A DNA stretch of 61,856 nt, filler included, from Pseudobdellovibrionaceae bacterium (GCA_030591685.1; 5 parts of 5 records of this genome joined end to end with filler, not necessarily neighbours in it), one strand, 5' to 3'. Numbered from the whole stretch's first letter, positions 37,577 to 47,801 are shown. The notes: generated from the sequence alone by a model not told the origin. Numbers and translations: made by a program.

Positions 37577-38712
37577 TATTTATAAGGCTCCTTAAAGGTG
37601 ACTAGGTTGTTTTTATGTATGAAGGGGCGGGGGGTATCAGTCCCCATTTTTTTAATTTCAAGACTATTGAGGCCTAGTGTTTTTATGAGCTCCGAGTGAT
37701 TTAACTCAGCGAGGCCTCTTGCGACTTCTTGCCCTTCATCGTTAATAACACTAATAAGCTCTCCAGAGTTAAAAGTCCCCTTGGCCTCTATGATCCCAAT
37801 AGGGAGCAAACTGGCATTGTTGTTCTCGAGTGCCTCTTGGGCCCCTTTATTTATGACAACAATTCCTGAAATAGTCTTAGAAAACCCGAGCCATCTCTTT
37901 TTTGATGTGAGTTTTGCTTTAGGTAAAATGGTGCTGCCATGCTGGGGAGATCCGCTAATAAGGTCATTGAGTACATTTTTAATTTCGCCAGAGGTAATGA
38001 CTGTCTTTATGCCACAAAGGCTAGCAATTTTTGCGGCTTGAATTTTGGTCGACATGCCGCCTCGACCTAAACTGGAGGTCTGGGTGTCATCTACAGGGGG
38101 GAACTGAGTGAAATTTTTAATTTCACTAATTAACTTTGCGTCCGAGTGTCGTTTTGGGTTTTTATCATAAATTCCATTTACATTAGTAAGAAGTACTAAC
38201 AAATCGGCATCCATTTTAGTGGCCACAAGGGCTGAGAGAACATCGTTGTCACCAAAGTTTTTTTGAGGTCCTTCGGTGATTTCCACTGTTGAAACACTGT
38301 CATTTTCATTGATGATAGGTAAAACATTAAGGTGAATCAGCTCGTCTATGGTATTTCGGAGGTTTAAGTAGGACTCTCGACCGGACAACTCATGTCCGGT
38401 AACAAGTAACTGGGCTGTGTTTATTTTAAAGGCCTCAAATATATTTTGATACTCGCTCATAAGTTTTGGTTGCCCAGTGGCTGCAAGAGCTTGCTTTGTT
38501 TTTAAGTTGAGAGCTTCTTTAGTTAAACTTAAACTAGAGCGCCCAAGGCCAATAGCTCCTGAAGAAATAAGTATTAACTCATGCCCTTGAGTTTTTAAGT
38601 GGTGAATTTGGGCGGCCAGCTGTTTTATAAGCTGAGAGTTAAACTCTAACCGCTCATTAATTACGAGTCCGCTGCCTATTTTAATCACAATCCGCTTATA
38701 ATCGGGCTTCAT
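37576..38712 (-). CDS. proB: Glutamate 5-kinase with PUA domain
   Basis: RIVIKIGS, SSGAI, PIINENDSV, FGDNDVLSA, GRGGMSTKI, C-terminal PUA (SLLPIGI). Confidence 0.95.
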   Translation of the reverse strand: MKPDYKRIVIKIGSGLVINERLEFNSQLIKQLAAQIHHLKTQGHELILISSGAIGLGRSSLSLTKEALNLKTKQALAATGQPKLMSEYQNIFEAFKINTAQLLVTGHELSGRESYLNLRNTIDELIHLNVLPIINENDSVSTVEITEGPQKNFGDNDVLSALVATKMDADLLVLLTNVNGIYDKNPKRHSDAKLISEIKNFTQFPPVDDTQTSSLGRGGMSTKIQAAKIASLCGIKTVITSGEIKNVLNDLISGSPQHGSTILPKAKLTSKKRWLGFSKTISGIVVINKGAQEALENNNASLLPIGIIEAKGTFNSGELISVINDEGQEVARGLAELNHSELIKTLGLNSLEIKKMGTDTPRPFIHKNNLVTFKEPYK

Positions 38713-38784
38713 TGTTTACTCTCACATATTAAGTTATTAGAATTATATATAATAATAGTAATAATATCTGATAAAGGGTCAAGT

Positions 38785-39138
38785 ATGTCACATAAAAAGC
38801 TACTCGTAATTGATGACGAAGTGGACATGTGCGAACTACTCACCGATCACCTCCAATCACTAGGTTACACGATCTTTTCGGCGCTAGATATTAAAGAGGC
38901 TCTGCATATTTTAAAAGAGCAGAGCATAGACCTCATACTTACAGACTTTAATTTGCCAGATGCAACAGCATTTGACCTTCTTGAAGGCCAAGAAGGTCCA
39001 TCACCACCAGTGATAATAATGACGGGTGTTGTTAGCTTCTCTATAGAGGATATTATAAAAAAAGGTGCTGTAGCTGTATTAGAAAAGCCTATAAACTTTG
39101 ACCAAATAGGGCTGTTAATAAAGGACGCTTTAAAATAA
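38785..39138 (+). CDS. Single-domain response regulator receiver
   Basis: LVIDDE, ILTDFNLP, IIMTG, LEKP. Confidence 0.88.
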   Translation: MSHKKLLVIDDEVDMCELLTDHLQSLGYTIFSALDIKEALHILKEQSIDLILTDFNLPDATAFDLLEGQEGPSPPVIIMTGVVSFSIEDIIKKGAVAVLEKPINFDQIGLLIKDALK

Positions 39139-39139
39139 A

Positions 39140-39322
39140 CTACTTAATTTCTTTATGTAGAGTGTGCTTTCTTAATGAAGGATTATATTTCATTTTCTCA
39201 AGGCGCTCTGGATGAGTTTGAGAGTTCTTTTTTGTCGTGTAGCGAGAAGGGGATTTCCCTATTTTTCTTGCTACTGTACATTCCAATGTGATAATACGGA
39301 TTTTACCCTTTTTCTTTGCCAT
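39140..39322 (-). CDS. rpmG: 50S ribosomal protein L33 (no Zn-binding CxxC pairs)
   Basis: [45 protein letters not shown]. Confidence 0.93.
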   Translation of the reverse strand: MAKKKGKIRIITLECTVARKIGKSPSRYTTKKNSQTHPERLEKMKYNPSLRKHTLHKEIK

Positions 39323-39438
39323 TTCTGTCCTCCGAGATCCAATTTAATATATCTAAACTGAGAAGTTGGCTAGTGTTTTTTAAGAGAAATAGGGGAAGGG
39401 CGCTTTTTTTACGCAGGGCGCAAGCCCGTAGGGTCTAC

Positions 39439-40209
39439 TTAAAAATGATCTTTTAAAGTTCTAATTTTAGCAAACACTTCGGTCTCAGTAGCGGTATCAA
39501 GTTTTAGAGCCCCTTTTAAGGCTTGGTCATTGCAGCGTAAAAAAGGGTTTAACTGAAGCTCTTCGCTGAGAGTGGTGGGGGTGGTGGGGAGGTTTTTTTT
39601 ACGTAGCTCCTGAATTTGCTCTTGTTTAGCTATAAGCTCAGGCTTTTTTGGTTCTAAACTTAGGGCAAAACTTACATTATTGGCCGTGTATTCATGACCA
39701 AAATAAACTTGAGTCTCTGGGGGGAGAGATTTTAATTGATTTAAGCTCTGCACCATTTGCTCTGCTGAGCCCTCAAAAAGTCGCCCACAGCCCAGTGAAA
39801 ACAGGGTGTCCCCTGTAAATAATATATTTTCACCCTCTATCCAGAAGGCCAATTGCCCACTGGTATGACCGGGCACATGTAGGGCTTTAATCGCTGTTTC
39901 GCCGAGGTGAAATATTTCATTGTCTTTAAGGGGGGTGTCTAAGCCTGGTGTGCGGTGTAGATCATAAAAAGAGCCAACGATATTACAGTTGTACTTTTGT
40001 TTGAGTTCAAGGTTTCCATTAACATGGTCCCAGTGATGGTGAGTATTTAAAATGTAATCCAATTTATTGTTATTTTCTTTTTCAAGAAAACTAACAATAG
40101 GGGTGGCTTCACTGGGGTCAATGACAGCACTTAACCCTGAGGAGGAGTCTTTGATAAAATAACAATAATTATCCTCTAACAATAAAAGAGGAGTTACATG
40201 AACTGACAT
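39439..40209 (-). CDS. gloB: Hydroxyacylglutathione hydrolase (glyoxalase II)
   Basis: DNY, THHHWDHVNG, PGHT, FTGDTLFSLGCGRLFEG, GHEYT, NPFLR. Confidence 0.93.
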   Translation of the reverse strand: MSVHVTPLLLLEDNYCYFIKDSSSGLSAVIDPSEATPIVSFLEKENNNKLDYILNTHHHWDHVNGNLELKQKYNCNIVGSFYDLHRTPGLDTPLKDNEIFHLGETAIKALHVPGHTSGQLAFWIEGENILFTGDTLFSLGCGRLFEGSAEQMVQSLNQLKSLPPETQVYFGHEYTANNVSFALSLEPKKPELIAKQEQIQELRKKNLPTTPTTLSEELQLNPFLRCNDQALKGALKLDTATETEVFAKIRTLKDHF

Positions 40210-40212
40210 TAA

Positions 40213-40558
40213 TTAACCAAGCTCCTTTAAGTACCTTTGAATTGTTGTCTGAAAACCTAAATAAAGGGACTCGCATATTAATGCGTGCCCAATAGAAACT
40301 TCCTTTATGCTTGGTATTTCAGTGATTAAATAATTAATATTTTTTAAATTTAAATCATGGCCCGCATTAAGTTGGATACCTAGTTTATTAATTAAGGTCG
40401 CCGATTTTTTATAGGCCTCTATGGTCGCAGGAGCCTCAGGGGTGTCAAAGTTTTTAGCAAACTGTTCAGTATAAAGCTCACAGCGGTCGGGTTTGATTTG
40501 GCAGAGGGCTTCAATTTGTTCTTGGTTGAGGGTGTGTGGGTCCACAAACACAGAGGAG
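40213..40558 (-). CDS. pdxJ: Pyridoxine 5'-phosphate synthase, 5'-partial
   Basis: SVFVDP, ELYT, NAGHDLN, EVSIGHALI. Confidence 0.9.
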
Positions 40559-40658
40559 NNNNNNNNNNNNNNNNNNNNNNNNNNNNNNNNNNNNNNNNNN
40601 NNTTAATTAATTAANNNNNNNNNNNNNNNNNNNNNNNNNNNNNNNNNNNNNNNNNNNN
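40559..40658. other. Artificial contig linker
   Basis: N-run with central TTAATTAATTAA. Confidence 0.98.
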
Positions 40659-40689
40659 TGTCTTCAATTCTTTGTTTTGTGTCTGACAT
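40659..40689 (-). CDS. grxD: N-terminal fragment, probably monothiol glutaredoxin (Grx4)
   Basis: RBS AGGAG then MSDTKQRIED, cut by contig end; directly downstream of bolA, its usual partner. Confidence 0.5.
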
Positions 40690-40723
40690 TTGGCTCTCCT
40701 TAAAGAGTTTTAATAGGTAAAAG

Positions 40724-40951
40724 TTACTTAACAATCGCTTTAATACTCAGGGCGTGTACTTGGCCTGAGTTAAGTTCTTTTTCAAAAAGGCCCATGACAG
40801 CCTTGTGTTGTTGTATACGACTCATGCCCTTAAAGGCCGATGAGGCTATACGCACCTCCCAGTGGTCTGAAGTGCCGGTAAGGTCTATGGCCATAACGTC
40901 GGCGTCCGGGAAGCCCTCTTTTAAGCGGGACTCCATGAGTTCTGGGGTCAT
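40724..40951 (-). CDS. bolA: BolA/IbaG family protein
   Basis: DLTGTSDHW..SSAFKGMSRIQQHKAV..VHALSI. Confidence 0.9.
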   Translation of the reverse strand: MTPELMESRLKEGFPDADVMAIDLTGTSDHWEVRIASSAFKGMSRIQQHKAVMGLFEKELNSGQVHALSIKAIVK

Positions 40952-40999
40952 AAAAAGCTCCTATAAGTAGCCACTAAGTCTTGAGTGAAATGACCATAC

Positions 41000-41308
41000 A
41001 TGTTACGTATCTTAATGGCAATGGAGATATTTTATCAAACGGCCTCAGAGGCCCATAAAAAACAAGAAAGAGCTAAGGCTCGCGCTCTTAGAAAGTCCCC
41101 TTGGTGGGGGCAGATGCTGGCTAAGGGCGAGTGCTCCTATTGTGGCGAGATGTTTTCAAAAGAAGACCTGACGATGGACCACAAAATCCCCGTCTCCCGA
41201 GGGGGGCGATCAACTAAAGGTAATATTGTTGTGAGCTGCAAAGAGTGTAATACAAAAAAAAAGCACCTCACTCCTGCTGAGATCGCATTAGAACAGTTGA
41301 AACCTTAG
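41000..41308 (+). CDS. Small HNH endonuclease family protein (start may be 41021)
   Basis: CSYC..LTMDHKIPVSRGG.STKGNIVVSCKECN. Confidence 0.88.
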   Translation: MLRILMAMEIFYQTASEAHKKQERAKARALRKSPWWGQMLAKGECSYCGEMFSKEDLTMDHKIPVSRGGRSTKGNIVVSCKECNTKKKHLTPAEIALEQLKP

Positions 41309-41791
41309 TAGCCCCGCTCATTTAATTAACCATATAAAATTAAAAATTTAAGAACCTAAAAAAAGGGCAGGACTTAATTTAGATTTAGGTTTTTTTGATC
41401 GTTAACGGCTTAAGAGTATTTTGTTTTTTTGAGTCAAATATATTTAGGTTAACAAAAGCCCCTTCGCTCAAAAAAACAGCAGTGAACCTTTGAAATTGAT
41501 GCCCATAGGGCTCAATGCTTCGCGTCGAAAGGTGGGGGGGCAAAAGAAAGTTCATGGTGCTCTTTTGGCCCTTACAAATAAGAACTCTATTTTTGAGCCA
41601 ATGCCCTTAACTTAAAGACAATTTCACAAGATTTTAAGGGCGCAAAATAGGGGGTTTTTATTGTTTTTAAGGGCGCTTTGAGGCTCTAAAATGAGGCCCT
41701 GACACGTGCTGTCGCTTAGTATGTCCTTGAAATAAGGCTTATATTTAAGAATAATCAATAAAGTCTAGTTATTCAACGAGGGTTTAAGCGC

Positions 41792-43636
41792 GTGGCAAGT
41801 AAAATAAAAACAAGTAGTACCGCTGAATATTTTGCCAAAAATCTGCAACAAGTGGGGTTTTCATCCCCCATAAAGGCGGTGTTAACAACCCTAAAAGAGG
41901 CGGTTGATAACTCACTAGATGCGTGTGAAGAGCACGGTATTTTGCCTGAAATTGAGGTGAGCATTCAAAAAATAGGTAAAGGCGGCTCTAAAAGTACAGA
42001 CCTTATTAAAGTGTCCATAGAAGACAACGGGCCGGGGCTAGAAGTAGATACTCTGCCAAAGGTATTTGGCGAGTACTTGGCCTCTTCAAAGTTTGGTCAA
42101 GGGCAGTGCTCTCGGGGGCAACAGGGTATCGGTATTTCTGCGGCGACCACTTGGGCGCAGTTAACGAATGCCTCTGGCGTTATGGTCCTTAGTAAAACTA
42201 AAAACATGAGAAAGGCTATAAAAGCCGTTATTGATGTAGATATTAAAGCCAACAAGGGTGTTTATAAAAAAAAGGACACTGTTGATTGGGATAAAAAACA
42301 TGGCCTACGAGCCGAATTTAAAATTGATGGTCGAGTGCAGCTTAATGGCGATGGTGGCCTTTTAACCTACCTAGAGGGGACAACGCTTGTTAACCCTCAC
42401 CTGAGCCTTAAATATAAACTTTTAGATCAAGACTGGGTAAAAATAAAACGAGTCACCGACGATGTACCCAAAATACCTAAGCCTACATTGCCTCACCCCC
42501 ATACCATGAAGCTGGGTGAGTTTATGACCCACTCTCATTTATATGGGGGGATGACGCTTTCTAAGTTTTTAAAAAATGGATTTTCAAGAGTCACCGACAG
42601 TGTCATTAAGGACTTTGTAAAACATGGACTGCCTAAAGGGATGCTTTCAAAAACTCTTAAAAAAACAAGAGAAGGGGACTTTAAAAAAATATTTCAAGCC
42701 ATTCAAGACTCAGAGATGGCAAGCCCTTCAACAAAATCAGTTTTAACTATTGGCGAAGAGTCGCTATCTAAAAGCATACTCCGTTTAGGAGAGGTAGATT
42801 ACTTTTCAGTGGTCACCAGGCGCCCTAAAATTTGTGATTTCAAACCCGTAGTTGTCGAAGTGGCGATTGCACGATTTTTAAATAAGGGGGCGAAGTCTGA
42901 AGAGCAAACCGTACAGTTGTTGCGTTTTGCTAACAGGGTCCCTTTACAGTTTGATAAAGCTGCCTGTGCAATCACTCAGGCCGTAGAGACAGTCAAGTGG
43001 CGCTCTTACGGGTTGGCTCAGTCAAGAAACTCTCTGCCTATTGGCCCTTATGTTATTGCCGTAAGTATGACCTCTCCGTTTATTAAATTTAAAAATGCCT
43101 CTAAAGAAACCATCGATGCTAACGAAGAGCTTGTCGAAGAGATCCGTAGAGCCCTTATGCAGGCCGGGCAAAAGCTAGGTCGACATTTAAAAAGAGAGCA
43201 TAAAGCGGCCGATTTAGAGCGAAAAATAGCCCATATCGAAAAGTTTGGCCCTATACTTGTAAACGGTCTAGTGCGAATTACCGGAGCCAATAAAGCCCGA
43301 AAAAAGAGGGCCGAAGAGGGCTTAAGAAAAATCTTAGGCCGCGACGCTAAAGCGGCAGAAGACCAACTACAATTAGCTGAAGATCGATTGGCAGCCCAAA
43401 AAGCCCGCCAAAAAGAAAAGTTTGGTGACTTAAGAGAGTCTGAAGAGGCCATCGATGAGACTAAAGTTTTAAAGACAGCTAAGGCTACCCCTAAAAAGAC
43501 AAAAGCGGCTAAAAAGAAGGCCTCTACAAAAAAACAAGCGACCGGTAACTCTAAGAAAGCCAAAAAGAAAAGTGCGGTCAAAAAAAAGGTGAAAAAAAAG
43601 CTACAAAAAAAAGCAACACCAAGAAATAAAAAATAA
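41792..43636 (+). CDS. top6B: DNA topoisomerase VI subunit B with Lys/Ala-rich tail
   Basis: AEYFAKN..GF, KEAVDNSLDACE, EDNGPG, SRGQQGIGIS, PHPH, RFANRVPL, KETI. Confidence 0.93.
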   Translation: MASKIKTSSTAEYFAKNLQQVGFSSPIKAVLTTLKEAVDNSLDACEEHGILPEIEVSIQKIGKGGSKSTDLIKVSIEDNGPGLEVDTLPKVFGEYLASSKFGQGQCSRGQQGIGISAATTWAQLTNASGVMVLSKTKNMRKAIKAVIDVDIKANKGVYKKKDTVDWDKKHGLRAEFKIDGRVQLNGDGGLLTYLEGTTLVNPHLSLKYKLLDQDWVKIKRVTDDVPKIPKPTLPHPHTMKLGEFMTHSHLYGGMTLSKFLKNGFSRVTDSVIKDFVKHGLPKGMLSKTLKKTREGDFKKIFQAIQDSEMASPSTKSVLTIGEESLSKSILRLGEVDYFSVVTRRPKICDFKPVVVEVAIARFLNKGAKSEEQTVQLLRFANRVPLQFDKAACAITQAVETVKWRSYGLAQSRNSLPIGPYVIAVSMTSPFIKFKNASKETIDANEELVEEIRRALMQAGQKLGRHLKREHKAADLERKIAHIEKFGPILVNGLVRITGANKARKKRAEEGLRKILGRDAKAAEDQLQLAEDRLAAQKARQKEKFGDLRESEEAIDETKVLKTAKATPKKTKAAKKKASTKKQATGNSKKAKKKSAVKKKVKKKLQKKATPRNKK

Positions 43637-43648
43637 AGGATTTAAAAA

Positions 43649-44809
43649 ATGGCCTTGATGAAAATTCGTGATTCAAAAATAAACATCCCTAAAGAGGCCA
43701 AGGCTCTTTGCGAAAAGATGCTCGCAGACCTTGAAAAATCTAAAAAGCCAACCCTGCAGGCGATAAAATGCTCGCTAGATAACTCTATTTATAACCCTAA
43801 AAAGGGCTACCTCACCCCAGGGGACAAAAGAGTTACAACAGAACTTAATGTTTCAAGCGTACTTAAGCTATCAAGAACAATATTTATGTTAGAGATGTTG
43901 TTAAATAACATCAAAACCGGGGCTGTAAACACAAAGCGTGAGTTTTACTACATGGCTAAAGGTTTAATTAAAGGGGGCAAGGAGCTCAAACCCTTAGATT
44001 TTGACGACCAACCCGAGTCAGATGCCATTATTGATTTTATATGTGACTTTTTACAAGTCTACAGAGAAGAGATGAACTGCTTTGCCAACGATCGCGGGGG
44101 GCAAACATACTCTAAACAATTAATTGTTACCGAGACCATGGCGGATGGTGAAAAAGCCGTCATTGACTTGGGCTCTCTGGGGACCTCACCCTTTCAACCT
44201 AAAAACAGGCCTCAATCGCTGAAGCTTAAGACGAGTAAAAAAATAGATTTTTGTTTGGTGGTCGAATCAGAAGGTACGGCAAACACCTTAGTGGCGAACG
44301 GTTTTACGAAAAGAAACAAGTGCATAATTATGGGTGCTCAAGGGGTGCCCAGTAATGCTGTGCGAGGTTGGTGTAAAACTATTCAAACGCAACTTGATGT
44401 GCCTATATATTTTTTTGGAGATCTCGATGCCTACACCATGCAAAATATTTATAGGACATTAAAAGCCGGATCGGCGGCAAGTTTAATAAGAAACAGTGAC
44501 TTTTCAGCCCCCGAGGTTAAGTTTTTAGGTGTTTTACCTGAGGATGTTAAAAAGTACGATCTCCATTGCTATCATGTGAATGAAAAAAACGCATCTGACG
44601 CTCGCACGTTAAAAAAAGCTAAAGATGCACTCACTAATGACCCCTTTTTTAAGGACAAAAAAAATAAAAAGCTGGCTGATATCTTAAGGTGGTTGCTTAA
44701 AAATAAAATACGTTGCGAACAGCAGTCTTTGTTTTCAGTAGACCCAACAGATCAACTTATGACTGAAAAAATTATATTAGAAAAAATCAAAAATAAAAAA
44801 TACGTTTAA
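43649..44809 (+). CDS. top6A: DNA topoisomerase VI subunit A (Spo11-like)
   Basis: Catalytic Tyr region TKREFYY, FDDQPESD, TOPRIM VESEG, QGVP, GDLD, EQQSL; 12 nt after top6B. Confidence 0.92.
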   Translation: MALMKIRDSKINIPKEAKALCEKMLADLEKSKKPTLQAIKCSLDNSIYNPKKGYLTPGDKRVTTELNVSSVLKLSRTIFMLEMLLNNIKTGAVNTKREFYYMAKGLIKGGKELKPLDFDDQPESDAIIDFICDFLQVYREEMNCFANDRGGQTYSKQLIVTETMADGEKAVIDLGSLGTSPFQPKNRPQSLKLKTSKKIDFCLVVESEGTANTLVANGFTKRNKCIIMGAQGVPSNAVRGWCKTIQTQLDVPIYFFGDLDAYTMQNIYRTLKAGSAASLIRNSDFSAPEVKFLGVLPEDVKKYDLHCYHVNEKNASDARTLKKAKDALTNDPFFKDKKNKKLADILRWLLKNKIRCEQQSLFSVDPTDQLMTEKIILEKIKNKKYV

Positions 44810-44922
44810 TTAAGCTTACGTTAGCCCTCTGGGACTATTAAAAAGCTCCAGTTGTCTATAGTGCTTTTAATCTGAAGTATAATAAACTTGTTAATAAAAA
44901 ATAATATTGATACCGTTTCGTT

Positions 44923-46470
44923 ATGAAAAACAACGCACAAAGTTGGGGCGAAAGTCTAAAGTTTTTTTTAAAACCCTCGTCTATTACTATGTTGTTTTTA
45001 GGGTTTTCAGCAGGCCTGCCTATTTATCTCATTTTCTCGTCCCTTTCACTTTGGTTACGTGAGGCCGGCGTTGAAAGAGCCAGCGTGACTTTTTTTAGCT
45101 GGGCCGCCTTAGGGTATTCGTTTAAATTTATTTGGGCGCCGTTAGTAGATACTCTCCCGATACCATGGTTGACAAATAAAATGGGCCGCAGGCGGTCATG
45201 GATGTTGTTGTCTCAGTTTATGATCATGGGGTCGATTATCATGATGGGCCTTGTAGACCCAGCCTCGTCAGAGCGTGCACTGGTATGGATGGCCGTAGCA
45301 GCTGTACTATTAGGGTTTTCAGCAGCTACACAAGACATAGTGATTGATGCTTTTAGGATTGAGTCAGATATACCCAGTTTGCAAGCCGCTCTGTCGGCCA
45401 CCTATATTGCCGGGTACCGCATAGGTATGATTGTTGCCGGAGCAGGGGCTTTAGTGTTAGCAGTCCAGCTAGGGTCGACAAAAGAGGCCTATAGTTATAA
45501 CGCCTGGATGTGGACCTACATTTTTATGGGGCTTTTGATGCTCGTGGGGGTCGCGACAACACTACTTGCTAATGAACCAAAACCTAAGGGCTTAAAAGAA
45601 AATAAATATAAAGCCTCTGAGTACAGAGACATATTTGTTTTATTTTTAATTATGGCGGCAACCTTTGCGACCACGTTTTTCTTTTGTGGCCAAGCATTGC
45701 TGGGGGTAAAAACTCAATTGAGCCTTTTGACGGGCAAGGGGCTTAGCCAATTTATTTTTGAAGCTTTTAAATTAGTAGTAGCTATTGGTGTGGTGACAGT
45801 TGTTGTTAAATTAATTTTAAAAACAAAGTTTATTAATAAAAAAATAGTCAACGAAACCTTTGTGGCCCCGGCTTTAGATTTTTTTAATCGCTATGGCAAT
45901 AGCTTAGCATTTTTGATTTTAGCTCTAGTGGGTTTGTACCGAATTTCAGACATAGTGTTAGGTGTGATCTCAAATGTTTTTTACCTAGACTTAGGGTTTA
46001 CAAAACTTCAAATCGCTGGAGTTGTAAAATCTTTTGGATTAATAATGACTATTGTAGGTGGGTTTTTAGGGGGCCTCATGACTATTCGTTATGGGGTCAT
46101 GAAAATTTTATTTTTAGGGGCCGTGCTTTCAGCCGCCACTAATGTGCTATTTATGTTTTTAGCTAATATGGGTAACGATATGACCTTTTTGTACATAGTT
46201 ATATCAGCAGATAATTTATCAGCCGGTCTGGCCAGTGCAGCTTTTGTAGCTTTTTTATCAAGCTTAACAAATGTATCTTTTACGGCTGTACAGTACGCTA
46301 TTTTTACATCTTTAATGACCCTTTTGCCTAAAGCTATAGGTGGGTACTCGGGGACTTTGGTGGATAGCATGGGGTACTCGCAGTTTTTTGCGTTTACAGC
46401 TATTTTAGGGGTACCTGTGTTAGTGCTGATTTGGTTGGCAGGCAAAAGATTTGATATTAAAGAGCAGTAA
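44923..46470 (+). CDS. ampG: AmpG-family muropeptide MFS permease
   Basis: LFLGFSAGLP, YSFKFIWAPLVD, GRRRSWMLLSQ, ATQDIVIDAFRIE, FTAVQYAIFTSL. Confidence 0.9.
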   Translation: MKNNAQSWGESLKFFLKPSSITMLFLGFSAGLPIYLIFSSLSLWLREAGVERASVTFFSWAALGYSFKFIWAPLVDTLPIPWLTNKMGRRRSWMLLSQFMIMGSIIMMGLVDPASSERALVWMAVAAVLLGFSAATQDIVIDAFRIESDIPSLQAALSATYIAGYRIGMIVAGAGALVLAVQLGSTKEAYSYNAWMWTYIFMGLLMLVGVATTLLANEPKPKGLKENKYKASEYRDIFVLFLIMAATFATTFFFCGQALLGVKTQLSLLTGKGLSQFIFEAFKLVVAIGVVTVVVKLILKTKFINKKIVNETFVAPALDFFNRYGNSLAFLILALVGLYRISDIVLGVISNVFYLDLGFTKLQIAGVVKSFGLIMTIVGGFLGGLMTIRYGVMKILFLGAVLSAATNVLFMFLANMGNDMTFLYIVISADNLSAGLASAAFVAFLSSLTNVSFTAVQYAIFTSLMTLLPKAIGGYSGTLVDSMGYSQFFAFTAILGVPVLVLIWLAGKRFDIKEQ

Positions 46471-46706
46471 AACTAAAATAGTTTTTTTATCTTTCAGCCC
46501 TAAATTTTTTAAAAGTAACCCATAGTAAAGGTAGGTTTATTAGCTATTAAGGCCTGTCTAAGTATAGGTTTGCTGTTGGTGATTTATAAAAAAAGAAGCG
46601 CTAATGGATCATAAGCAAAGTGTAAATACATATTATTAAAGAAGCTTTAGTTTTAAAAGAAGCACTTTTTTTGTGTATGGGCTTTGTAATTTAGCGCTAA
46701 ATCTTA

Positions 46707-46730
46707 TGGCAAGGCCAAAGGGCCTTGCCA
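46707..46730. terminator. Hairpin between convergent ampG and porin genes
   Basis: Perfect inverted repeat TGGCAAGGCC-AAAG-GGCCTTGCCA, 18 nt past the porin stop. Confidence 0.6.
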
Positions 46731-46748
46731 GTTTTATAAAAATAACTT

Positions 46749-47801
46749 TTAGAATTTAAACACAAAATCAAAGTGTGCTTTGGTGTAATTTGTAGAGTTT
46801 TGAATACCTGTGTTGTTAGCATACAATGAAATTGTAGCTGTGGTATTTTTTTCTAACCCATATTTAACGGAGAGTTTATGGCCATTAGTGTCTGTAGAGC
46901 CACCGTTAAAATCACCATCATTAAGTGCGCCCACAATAGCATCGGCCTCTGTTTCACGGTAAGTGTAACCAACAGCGTAGTCGCCCTTTTCTTTGACGTT
47001 TTTATAGTTAACGCCAACAAGGTAAGCATTGTTTTGAGTACTAAAACGAGTATTTGTTGCGTAGTCTAGAAAAAACTTGAACTGACCCATTTCATACTGA
47101 GAAAAGAGCTCATAAATTTCATAATCTTTGGCGTAAGTAGCACCACCACCATCGGTGTTGCCTTTAAGCGCGCCTCCTAAGGCATTTTGACCTTGCAGTG
47201 TAAATAGGTAGCCGGTTAAGCCTACTGTCAATTTATGCTCACCGATTTTAAACATCTTACCCACTTGCTCTGCAATAACACCAGAGTCTGTGCCACCACC
47301 GCTAGCATTGGCTCCGAGCCAAAAAGTACTAATGTTTGCAAACCATGAACCTTTGTCACAACTACAGGTCCAACCTAGGTTTAAGCCTTCTGGGGTCCAA
47401 TCACCATCTAATAAAAACCCAGTGCTACCGACTTGATAAAGTGGATTTTTCATTTTACCACCAGTAAGAGTTAAGCTTTTTGAGGCGGCCCAAGTGAAAT
47501 AGGCTTGGTCTAACTCGATAGGTTTGTTGCCGCTCATTGCACCTAAAGTTTGGTTTGTTGATACGGGCGAGTAGTTGCCTGTTGTGAGTTGCAGTACTAA
47601 AGTTGAAGAATCATTAACTTTAGCGGTCGCCTTTACGCTGGCTTTAATTTTATGTTGATGATATTTTTTATTGCCAGCTTCTTGGTCTACAAACTCGTGA
47701 CGGTATCTTAATCCAGTATTTAACTTTAAGTCTTGGGTGTCAAAAGCCCATGACGTTGTACTGGTGGATACAAGTGCCAAGAGTAGAATGAGTGCTTTCA
47801 T
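46749..47801 (-). CDS. Putative outer-membrane porin (Porin_5-like)
   Basis: Signal peptide, LRYRHE, PVSTNQTL, LDQAYF, GGKMKNP, DGDWTPEG, terminal DFVFKF; RBS AAGGAG. Confidence 0.8.
   Translation of the reverse strand: MKALILLLALVSTSTTSWAFDTQDLKLNTGLRYRHEFVDQEAGNKKYHQHKIKASVKATAKVNDSSTLVLQLTTGNYSPVSTNQTLGAMSGNKPIELDQAYFTWAASKSLTLTGGKMKNPLYQVGSTGFLLDGDWTPEGLNLGWTCSCDKGSWFANISTFWLGANASGGGTDSGVIAEQVGKMFKIGEHKLTVGLTGYLFTLQGQNALGGALKGNTDGGGATYAKDYEIYELFSQYEMGQFKFFLDYATNTRFSTQNNAYLVGVNYKNVKEKGDYAVGYTYRETEADAIVGALNDGDFNGGSTDTNGHKLSVKYGLEKNTTATISLYANNTGIQNSTNYTKAHFDFVFKF

Noticed and set aside
41505..41560. GTCGAAAGGTGGGGGGGCAAA upstream of top6B resembling a GEMM-I (c-di-GMP/cGAMP) riboswitch
   Set aside because: No preceding GGCAAAC, poor P2 pairing and no recognisable P3; would need an Infernal RF01051 hit
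43048..43581. 177-aa hydrophobic antisense ORF inside top6B
   Set aside because: Mirror of the Lys/Ala-rich sense frame (AAA reads as TTT); the other short antisense and overlapping ORFs in the track were dismissed likewise
41000..44809. HNH plus topoisomerase VI as a defence system (Wadjet-like)
   Set aside because: 483-nt gap between them, no SMC/kleisin genes, and the pair is a canonical top6B-top6A
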